From: Promethearchaeota archaeon
GTDB taxonomy: Archaea; Asgardarchaeota; Lokiarchaeia; Sigyniarchaeales; SOKP01
Reading direction: 5' to 3'
DNA: 36,305 nucleotides
Assembly: GCA_008080735.1 (NCBI GenBank)
Contig: SHMW01000040.1
Location: 1-36,305, forward strand
A program made the translations under genes and the position numbers. The notes under the pieces were generated by a model, which made no database searches, had not been told where the DNA came from, and saw only the letters and a list, made by a program, of their open reading frames with translations. Positions 18,303 to 26,554 of this stretch are shown here, in pieces. Positions within the stretch are counted from its first letter, which is position 1, and each line of letters opens with the position of its first letter.

Positions 18303-19793
18303 ATGGATAAACCAAGAGAAAATTGTGCTGTTTTTGGCGTTACCTGTGATGATATTGGATTCTCAGTGGCAAAATATCTCTATAAAGGATTAATTTCTCT
18401 CCAGCATCGCGGTCAAGAGTCAACTGGCATTTCAGTGCTAAAAACGGGAGGGAAAATTTATACCTATAAGCAAAAAGGATTAGTTTCAAAAGTTTTAAAT
18501 AATAAACGGCTTTCTCAGTATTGGGGAAATGTGGGAATCGGTCATAATCGATATGCCACGACGGGTTCAGAAGATTACAATTCCCAAGATTACATCCAAC
18601 CATATCATTTCAAAAACAATGAAATCGAATTCTCATTTGCCTTTAACGGAACAATCCCTAATTACGAGGAGATTAAGGATAAGATGGAAGATATGGGCAG
18701 AGTATTTGTCACCAATACTGATACCGAAGTAATAGCTCAATTGATTGCTTCCATCTCTCTTGGCACTGAAAATTGGCCGGAAATATTGAAATTAACCTCC
18801 AGATTTTTGGATGGCTCATATTCCTTAGTACTTTTAACCTCAAATGGGGATATTTATGGAATCCGTGATCCCTTAGGGTTTAAGCCATTATGCATTGGAG
18901 AAAAAAAGACCGAGACAAGAAATCTCTATTTTGTTGCATCGGAAAGTTGTGCAATAGACTCCGTAGGAGCTACTTTTTTAAGGGATGTTGAGCCTGGTGA
19001 AATCGTACACCTAAGCCACCAAAAAGATATCCATAGTGAACTAGTTTTAAAATCGGATAAAACTGCAGTATGTCAGTTTGAATTTGTATATTTTGCTCGC
19101 CCAGATTCTATTATCGATGGCGTTTCCGTTGCAGAAGCAAGATTGCGAATGGGGCAGAAGCTGGCTCAGAGAGATTCCCTTTTAGACAATCCACATTTTA
19201 GAGAAAACGCAATAGTAGTACCAGTGCCTGATTCAGGAAGGAGTGCTGCCGTGGGTTATGCGAAAGAAGCAAGTTTACCGTACGTAGAAGGATTAATGAA
19301 AAACCGATACGTATGGAGGACATTCATAATGCCGGGTCAGCAAAAAAGGAAAGCTGCAGTAAAAGAAAAACTCAATCCAATAAAAAGTGTTGTAGACGGG
19401 AAACATGTTATTCTTATTGATGACTCAATAGTGAGGGGTACTACCACCAAACAAATAATCTCCTTAATCAAAAATGCTGGCGCGATCTCTGTTAATGTGA
19501 GAATCAGTTGTCCCCCAGTCATTAGTGCCTGTTATATGGGTATTGATTTCCCAACTCGGGAAGAATTGATTGCTGGCAGCTGCTTTAAAGAGTATGGAGA
19601 AGAGGATTATGTTGAAAAAATTAGACAGATTATTGAAGCCGATACTTTAGCATACCAGACGGTGGAAGATCTCAAAGATGCCATTGGATTGAAAAGTGAA
19701 TTATGCAAAGCATGTCTCACTGGTAAATATCCATTGAAGTCTGTTGAAAAGATATCCGAATTAGAACAATCTATTAAAGCCAATCGCTGTTAA
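18303..19793 (+). CDS. purF: amidophosphoribosyltransferase (propeptide, Fe-S type)
   Basis: MDKPRENCAVFG (Ntn Cys), LQHRGQE, GHNRY, NGT, DTE, FEFVYFARPDS, DDSIVRGTT, CYMGID, CKAC; ATG 18303 preferred but start uncertain. Confidence 0.96.
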   Translation: MDKPRENCAVFGVTCDDIGFSVAKYLYKGLISLQHRGQESTGISVLKTGGKIYTYKQKGLVSKVLNNKRLSQYWGNVGIGHNRYATTGSEDYNSQDYIQPYHFKNNEIEFSFAFNGTIPNYEEIKDKMEDMGRVFVTNTDTEVIAQLIASISLGTENWPEILKLTSRFLDGSYSLVLLTSNGDIYGIRDPLGFKPLCIGEKKTETRNLYFVASESCAIDSVGATFLRDVEPGEIVHLSHQKDIHSELVLKSDKTAVCQFEFVYFARPDSIIDGVSVAEARLRMGQKLAQRDSLLDNPHFRENAIVVPVPDSGRSAAVGYAKEASLPYVEGLMKNRYVWRTFIMPGQQKRKAAVKEKLNPIKSVVDGKHVILIDDSIVRGTTTKQIISLIKNAGAISVNVRISCPPVISACYMGIDFPTREELIAGSCFKEYGEEDYVEKIRQIIEADTLAYQTVEDLKDAIGLKSELCKACLTGKYPLKSVEKISELEQSIKANRC

Positions 19794-19816
19794 ACTTTTA
19801 AAAACAAATTGGATTC

Positions 19817-20446
19817 TCATTTTTTACAAAATTCCACAAAATTTTTATACATTTGAATACCCAGCGTACTGGATTTTTCTGGATGGAACTGTGTCGCCAC
19901 AATATTCTCTTTCCTAGCAATTGAACAAAAGGTAATCTCACCATATTGCGTTTGTCCTAAAATAGCACCCTCATTTTCTGGCACACAGTAAAAGCTATGC
20001 ACAAAATAGAAATAAGAATTATTTGGGATATTATTAATTAAATAATGGTCTTTTTTTTTGAGATTTACACTATTCCATCCGATCTGGGGTATTTTTCCCA
20101 CTTTTGATTTATCAAAAGGGATTACTTCACCTGGAATATAGCCTAATCCCAAAAATTCCCCCATCTCATAACTCTTTGTAAACAATAGTTGTAGCCCCAA
20201 ACAAATTCCAAATAAAGGTTTTCCTTCTCTTACAATCTCGTCAATTATGGAAACTAATCCCTTATCTCTAAGATTTTCCATCGCATCCCCAAATGCTCCG
20301 ACTCCAGGTAAGATAACTCCATCCGCATTAAGAATATATTCTGGATCAGAAGTAATAGTATTACTAATTTTGAGAAAATCTAATAATTTACTTACGCTTT
20401 TTAGATTTCCCATCCCATAATCAATTATAGCGATATAAAAAGACAT
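19817..20446 (-). CDS. hisH: imidazole glycerol phosphate synthase glutaminase subunit
   Basis: IDYGMGNL.SV, LPGVGAF, GICLGLQ, YFVHSFY, QFHPEKS. Confidence 0.96.
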   Translation of the reverse strand: MSFYIAIIDYGMGNLKSVSKLLDFLKISNTITSDPEYILNADGVILPGVGAFGDAMENLRDKGLVSIIDEIVREGKPLFGICLGLQLLFTKSYEMGEFLGLGYIPGEVIPFDKSKVGKIPQIGWNSVNLKKKDHYLINNIPNNSYFYFVHSFYCVPENEGAILGQTQYGEITFCSIARKENIVATQFHPEKSSTLGIQMYKNFVEFCKK

Positions 20447-20449
20447 TTT

Positions 20450-21314
20450 TTATAGCCTCACTGGAATCCCTTTACTTTTACAGACTTTCTTCACTTTCTT
20501 AATTGAATATTCATCATAATGAAAAATAGACGCCGCAAGCGCTGCATCTGCCTTCCCTTGAATGAATGCTTCGGCAATGTGCTGAGGATTCCCAGCTCCC
20601 CCCGACGCAATAATTGGGATTTCTAAGCTTTCGCTAAAGATTTTGGTAAGTTCTAAATCGTATCCATCATAGGTTCCATCTCTATCCATACTCGTAAGTA
20701 ATATCTCCCCTGAACCAAGAGCCTGCGCTTCCTTTCCCCATTTAACGGCATCTTTCCCAGTGGAAGTTCTTCCTCCGTGGATATAAACTTCCCACCAGCA
20801 ATATCTTCCATTTTGTGTTTTAATCACAATTTTATCCTCAGCTTGTTCAGGAAAATCTACATATACTCTCTTTGCATCAATAGCAGTGACTATACATTGA
20901 GAGCCAAAAATTTTCGCACTTTTTTTTATAATTTCAGGATGTTTTACTGCTGCAGTATTTAGTGACACTTTATCAGCACCCGCTCTTAAAATCTCTTTTA
21001 TATCATCTACGGTGCGTAAACCTCCTCCAACAGTAAAAGGAATAAAGACTTGCTCTCCTGTGCGTTCTACCAAATTTTTTAAGATCTTACGCTTGTCTGA
21101 AGATGCTGTAATGTCTAAAAACACGAGTTCATCGGCTCCTTGCTTATCATATAATTTTCCCAACTCAACGGCGTCTCCTGCATCCTTCAATTTGACAAAC
21201 TTCACGCCTTTTACGACTCTTCCTTGCATCCTTCAATTTGACAAACTTCACGCCTTTTACGACTCTTCCTTCAGTCACATCCAGACATGGTATAATCCGC
21301 TTAGTTAAAACCAT
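20450..21314 (-). CDS. hisF: imidazole glycerol phosphate synthase cyclase subunit (copy 1), 5' end frameshifted by a 46-bp duplication
   Basis: ATG 21314 gives [21 protein letters not shown]; removing one repeat copy gives a 272-aa HisF with [37 protein letters not shown]. Confidence 0.93.
21180..21271. repeat. perfect 46-bp tandem duplication
   Basis: GCATCCTTCAATTTGACAAACTTCACGCCTTTTACGACTCTTCCTT at 21180-21225 and 21226-21271. Confidence 0.97.
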
Positions 21315-21514
21315 TTTATAATGAAGTTTCAGATAATCGTATTATAATTAGCTATATTGTCCAAGATATTTTAGCTTTTGTGAAATAAATTATCAAGAAT
21401 TAGTCTAATAAGAAGTTATACTCATTTAATTGATATAAGTAATATTTATGAGCATGTTGGAAGTGAATTAATAAAAATAGAATAAAATTAGATTAAAAAG
21501 GTTAAAAATCTCCT

Positions 21515-22339
21515 TCATAACTCCATATTAACACCATTTTTTATGCAATACTCTTTTACTTGCTTTATCGAGTATTCTCGAAAATGGAATATAGAGGCTG
21601 CCAGCGCCGCATCGGCATTTCCTATAGTAAAAGCCTCTAGAATATGCTGAGGACTTCCCGCCCCTCCAGATGCAATAATCGGCAGTCCTGTTTTATCCGC
21701 CATCGATCGTGTCATTTCCAAGTCATACCCTTCTTTAGTTCCATCAAAAGTTTTAGATGTGGGTAATATTTCTCCTGCTCCAAGATTTTTCACTTCTAAA
21801 GCCCATTTTATTGCATCCTTTCCAGTTGATTTAGTCCCCCCATGAGTTAAGAGATCAAACCAGCAATATCCTCCATCTAATTTAGCTAATATCTTGTCTG
21901 TTGCTTTTTTTTGGTCATCTACATATATTCTCTTCGCATCTATTGCAGAAACCAATCGTTCAGAACCATATTCTTTGGATAAATTTGATAATAAATTGGG
22001 ATTTTTCACTGCTGCGGTGTTTATAGAAACCTTATCTGCTCCCGCATTTAATATATTATCAGCATCTTCCATACTTCCTATACCTCCTCCAACTGCAAAT
22101 GGAATATTTATCGCATCCGCAACTTTTTCTACAAGATCTCTCACAGTTTTCCGCTTTTCTATGGTGGCAGTAATATCCAAAAATACTAACTCATCAGCAC
22201 CCTCTTTTTCATAGTATTGTGCGAACTCGACTGGATCTCCCGCGTCCCGGAGATTAACAAATTGAATGCCTTTCACGACTCGTCCATCCTTGACATCAAG
22301 ACAGGGAATAATTCTCTTATAATCTGACATTTGAATCAT
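21515..22339 (-). CDS. hisF: imidazole glycerol phosphate synthase cyclase subunit (copy 2)
   Basis: [48 protein letters not shown]. Confidence 0.9.
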   Translation of the reverse strand: MIQMSDYKRIIPCLDVKDGRVVKGIQFVNLRDAGDPVEFAQYYEKEGADELVFLDITATIEKRKTVRDLVEKVADAINIPFAVGGGIGSMEDADNILNAGADKVSINTAAVKNPNLLSNLSKEYGSERLVSAIDAKRIYVDDQKKATDKILAKLDGGYCWFDLLTHGGTKSTGKDAIKWALEVKNLGAGEILPTSKTFDGTKEGYDLEMTRSMADKTGLPIIASGGAGSPQHILEAFTIGNADAALAASIFHFREYSIKQVKEYCIKNGVNMEL

Positions 22340-22455
22340 ATCATCTATCGTATTTCTATTACTATTTTTCTATTAGTAAAATATGATATTATAGATTAAT
22401 TCTTTTAGTCAAATAATTTCACATAAAATATACAAAAAACAGAATAAAAAATATT

Positions 22456-23751
22456 TTAGACGTCTAATATCTCTATTATTAATGGATTAAGTTTCTTTTC
22501 ATCAACCATTGATGAATCACCCGTTTTTCTAAATTCTTGGATTTCATTATCGTAATGAGTCTCTATATAATTGACCAAATAATTTAAACGCTCCTTCAAA
22601 CTCTTATCTGCTGGATCGGAAAGAAATAAAGCAGCTTTAACATTTTTCCCATAGGCAGCTTGAACATAAAGTCCCTTATAATTGATATCCTTCATAGATG
22701 AAGTTCCACCGATTTCCGATACAAAATTGTCCATTGCTGTTAAAAACCCCGATATTAACACCTTATCTAAGGGCTGTTCCTCACTCGAATATGATATTAG
22801 AGGTAGTCCAGAATCTTTGTCGATTATCATCAGATTGCGAAAAATATCTCTGTATTTGTGTTCAATTTTCGTCTCTTCTTGAATTTGTTCCATCTCTTCT
22901 TCAGTAAATATTTCAAAAAGTGAAAAATTCTTTGACTTATAGGAATCATCATCATCAAAATGATATTTTGAAATCGTTATCACTTTCGAGGGCGCTCGTA
23001 TTGGTTCTTTTGGTAATTTTTCGATGAAGGCATCCCTCATATCAGAGTCATAATCCTTACCTTTACCTCCTTTGGTAATTCCCCAAATTTCTTTATGTAA
23101 GGGATTAACGACATATAACCATGTATCAAGTTTTTCCATATCAGAAATCATCCTATCTAACCCAATATTGTAAACTCCTAAAGGTGTGGTGACAAATACT
23201 GTCCAAGTTGCCAATTTGGATGCTTCATTTATGAGATAAAATGTATTTTTGTAATTTTCCTCATCAAGTTGAGAACCTGTTCGAATAAAAACTGCCTCAC
23301 TCCTTAATAAAGGAGTTCGCCTTATTAGGTATAAATCGATATTTTTATTATTAATCTTTGACGCGTCGTATACGCTTATTCCGATATCAGCGCACCAATC
23401 GCTAAATGCGTCAATGAGATCTTGCCGTGCGAAAAAATCGAACCGCGTGAGATAATGTTTTAATTTCTCTTCTTGAAGGATTTTTTTCCCAATATATATA
23501 ATTGGATTTTTAAATTTCGATTGAATCTCTTCATTCTGGGTATACTCTTGATAATGGTGAGCAGCGATACTTCTCAAATACCCATATTTTGAAGGTTTGT
23601 CGAATTCGGGAGTAGAAATATCATGTTTTTCAATATATTGCTCAATCTCTTCAAACCTACTCTTATTAAAAAGGCAGTTTAGGCATATTAACCCGTTCTT
23701 TTTTTCGTAATTATCTTTTAATTCTTGAATTGTATTATCTAATGATTCCAT
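22456..23751 (-). CDS. longin-domain protein with putative restriction-endonuclease-like central domain (paralog A)
   Basis: C-terminal ~130 aa LMII..SGLPL...LISGFLTAMDNF...KERL..L...IET fits the longin beta-beta-alpha-beta-beta-beta-alpha-alpha pattern; collinear with its neighbour. Confidence 0.75.
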   Translation of the reverse strand: MESLDNTIQELKDNYEKKNGLICLNCLFNKSRFEEIEQYIEKHDISTPEFDKPSKYGYLRSIAAHHYQEYTQNEEIQSKFKNPIIYIGKKILQEEKLKHYLTRFDFFARQDLIDAFSDWCADIGISVYDASKINNKNIDLYLIRRTPLLRSEAVFIRTGSQLDEENYKNTFYLINEASKLATWTVFVTTPLGVYNIGLDRMISDMEKLDTWLYVVNPLHKEIWGITKGGKGKDYDSDMRDAFIEKLPKEPIRAPSKVITISKYHFDDDDSYKSKNFSLFEIFTEEEMEQIQEETKIEHKYRDIFRNLMIIDKDSGLPLISYSSEEQPLDKVLISGFLTAMDNFVSEIGGTSSMKDINYKGLYVQAAYGKNVKAALFLSDPADKSLKERLNYLVNYIETHYDNEIQEFRKTGDSSMVDEKKLNPLIIEILDV

Positions 23752-23856
23752 TTTCGTATTGGAATAATTTTCTACTATTAAGTTAAATTATGTTTCTAAT
23801 GAATTTATAAAGTTATTTTATAATTAATTAATTTTTTCACGTCAAAAAGAAGAATG

Positions 23857-25176
23857 CTAAATATTTAAAAATTGCCGAACAATGGGAAGAATTATATCAT
23901 CTTTAAGGAGTGAAGTATCACCCGAAGCTCTAAATTGTTTTATTTCCTCAGAAAAATGAGTTTCAAAATATTCAAGGAGGAAATCCACGCGTTCTTTTAA
24001 ACTATTATTTGCTTGGTCAGATAGAAAGAGTGCCATTTTCACATTTTTCCCGTATGCTGCTTGGACATAAAATCCCTTATAATTAATTTCTTTTAAAGAA
24101 GTCGTATCTCCTATTTGTGAGACAAAATCATCCATCGCACTTAAGAAGCCAGAAAATAAAATTTGATCTTTCACTTTTTCACTTGAATATGAGAATATAG
24201 GGACTCCAGATTTTCTTTCAATTATCATCAGATTCCGAAATATCTGGGAATAGTTTGATTCTTCCTCCGGTGCACTCACTAATCTATCATGCTCAAGCAC
24301 GTCGAGTAAATCAAATGTACAATAATCATCTGGACTATAGGATTGTTTTTCATTAAACTCGAAAGTGGAAATGTCTTTTAAACGGGTCTGAGCTCTGATT
24401 GGCTCTCTTGGAAGCCCTTCAATGAATTTATCTCGTAAATCTGAATCATAGTCTTTAGATTTCTTGCCTTTAATAATTCCATGAATATTTTTTCTTATTG
24501 GGTCTATTATGTATAACCAAACATTTGCTTGTTCCATATCATTGACCATTTTCTCTAATCCAATTTTATAGACCGCAAGAGGAGTTGTAACAAAAACATT
24601 CCAAGTTGCATATTTTGATGTATTCCTGATAAGCTGTAAGGTTCGTTCATATTCGTGTGCATCCATTTCATGTGCCGTTCTTACAAAAACCGTTTCTGTT
24701 CTCAATAAAGGAGTTCTTCTTACCAAATAAAGATCTACGGTATTTTCGTCATTTACTTTCCTTGCATCGTACACACTTATACCCAAATCAGCACACCAAT
24801 CGCTAAATGCGTCAATAAGATCTTGTTTGGAAAGAAAATCAATACTATATAAATATAATTCAAAAGATTCATCCCTACACATTTCCTGTCCGATATAATT
24901 CAAAGTACTTCCAAAATTTCCCTGGAGATGTTCGTTATTAATATAGAGAATATAATAATGAAGGCAAATATGTCGTAATAATTCTAATCTTGTATATACC
25001 TTCTTTGTTGGAATTTTGATTCCTTTTTTATCAATAAATTTTAAAATTTCCTCAATAGAGCTATTAATTATAAGACTATTCAAGCAGACAAGGCCCGCGA
25101 TTGAATCTAAGTTCTCATTCTTTCTAATGGTTTCGATAATCTGCTCTAATGGTGGGGCTTCTTTTAGAGTCAACAA
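23857..25176 (-). CDS. longin-domain protein with putative restriction-endonuclease-like central domain (paralog B)
   Basis: LMII..SGVPI...LFSGFLSAMDDF; shares QDLIDAFSDWCAD.GISVYDA, DLYL.RRTPLLR.E.VF.RT, ATW.VFVTTPL and EPIRA with paralog A. Confidence 0.75.
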   Translation of the reverse strand: MLTLKEAPPLEQIIETIRKNENLDSIAGLVCLNSLIINSSIEEILKFIDKKGIKIPTKKVYTRLELLRHICLHYYILYINNEHLQGNFGSTLNYIGQEMCRDESFELYLYSIDFLSKQDLIDAFSDWCADLGISVYDARKVNDENTVDLYLVRRTPLLRTETVFVRTAHEMDAHEYERTLQLIRNTSKYATWNVFVTTPLAVYKIGLEKMVNDMEQANVWLYIIDPIRKNIHGIIKGKKSKDYDSDLRDKFIEGLPREPIRAQTRLKDISTFEFNEKQSYSPDDYCTFDLLDVLEHDRLVSAPEEESNYSQIFRNLMIIERKSGVPIFSYSSEKVKDQILFSGFLSAMDDFVSQIGDTTSLKEINYKGFYVQAAYGKNVKMALFLSDQANNSLKERVDFLLEYFETHFSEEIKQFRASGDTSLLKDDIILPIVRQFLNI

Positions 25177-25301
25177 TAATCACATGTTTGATGATATTTT
25201 CCTTTTTATTATTATTTATTTTTGAAATATTTAAAAATTGCTAAAACTACAAACTTTTTGAAAATTTAAGCAATTCTTAATAAATAGAATGCCAAATAAT
25301 C

Positions 25302-25317
25302 AAAAATAAAAAAAAAA
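25302..25317 (-). terminator. oligo-T terminator after the reductase gene
   Basis: Long A-run on + strand (T-run on -) just downstream of the stop at 25331. Confidence 0.5.
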
Positions 25318-25330
25318 GAATTGAAGACTG

Positions 25331-26554
25331 TTATTTTCTTCTAGGAACTTCTATTTCTAGATCTGAGAGAGGATAAGAAGAGCATGGGTGAAAAAAGTTA
25401 AATTTTTTATCTGCTTCTCTTCTCCCATCTGATTTTGGGGAAACAAAAATATCGCCTGAAATAAGATATGATCTGCAAAATCCACATTCACCAGAACGGC
25501 AGCTTGATGGAGGTGCAATTTTAGCTTTTTCCATAGAGACTAAAATTGTTTCGGTAGCTTTTGCGGGAATTTCTTTAATCTCACTTCCTATCATAACTCT
25601 AATATTGAACATCTTATCTGCTTTTTCCTTAGGATAATTGGGAAATTTTGTTATTCCTTTAATTTCTCCGTACATTTCTTTTCTAATTCTATCTTGCTGA
25701 ATTTTTAATTTGGAAATCTCATCATCTATAAATTCATACATCAATTGTGGTCCACATATAAAATAAGTATCCTTTTTAACATCTGAATATTTCTCAATAA
25801 GATCTGAAGTTATAAATCCCATTTCGCATCCTTCTAAGCTAACTTCATCACAACTAAGGACAATTACTAATTTTATTTTACCTGGATTCTTTGACTCTAA
25901 TCTTTTCAATTCATCATAAAATAGAATGTCATCCTCCTCACTACATCCATATAAAATAGTTAAATTTATATCCAAATTACCTTCTGAAATTTCTTTGGCG
26001 ATAGAACGGAATGCTGTTATACCGCTTCCTCCTGCGATTGCAACTATATTTCTTGAATCTCTTAGGGGTTGATAATAAAATAAACCTTGTGGTCCCGAAC
26101 TTGTGACTTTAGTTCCTACATTCCAATTTTCCCAAATAAAATGCGTTAAAAATCCATTTTGTTCTTTTTTAATAGAGATCTCATAAAATCCCGCTAAAGC
26201 TTCGCTTGGTGATGATGATATAGTATATGGTCTGGTGATTTCATATCCATTCACATTCACCTTTAAACTTAAGTACTGTCCTGCCCGAAATAATGCGAGG
26301 TCTTCATTAAACTCAGAATCGGGAATAAATCTAAAGGTTTTGGTTGATTTTGTATTGTCTATTATTTTATCAATAATTAAATGTTGATAATCGGGATGTA
26401 AATTTTCGGCTAATTCTTTCAGATTGTCTTTTTCAATAGGTTTAGCTGAAGCTTTTTCAAATTTTTTTTCTCGAGTTTTGGTTAGTTTTGAAAATGCTAA
26501 TAAGTCTCTAATTTTTCCTTTTATCTTTACTTTTAATTCATCTTTTTCACTCAT
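25331..26554 (-). CDS. FNR-type FAD/NAD(P)H oxidoreductase with C-terminal [2Fe-2S] ferredoxin
   Basis: FRAGQY, RPYTISS, GPQG, AGGSGIT, FICGP, CRSGECGFC...C; ATG 26554 with GGAGG upstream and an 8-bp overlap with the preceding gene. Confidence 0.92.
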   Translation of the reverse strand: MSEKDELKVKIKGKIRDLLAFSKLTKTREKKFEKASAKPIEKDNLKELAENLHPDYQHLIIDKIIDNTKSTKTFRFIPDSEFNEDLALFRAGQYLSLKVNVNGYEITRPYTISSSPSEALAGFYEISIKKEQNGFLTHFIWENWNVGTKVTSSGPQGLFYYQPLRDSRNIVAIAGGSGITAFRSIAKEISEGNLDINLTILYGCSEEDDILFYDELKRLESKNPGKIKLVIVLSCDEVSLEGCEMGFITSDLIEKYSDVKKDTYFICGPQLMYEFIDDEISKLKIQQDRIRKEMYGEIKGITKFPNYPKEKADKMFNIRVMIGSEIKEIPAKATETILVSMEKAKIAPPSSCRSGECGFCRSYLISGDIFVSPKSDGRREADKKFNFFHPCSSYPLSDLEIEVPRRK

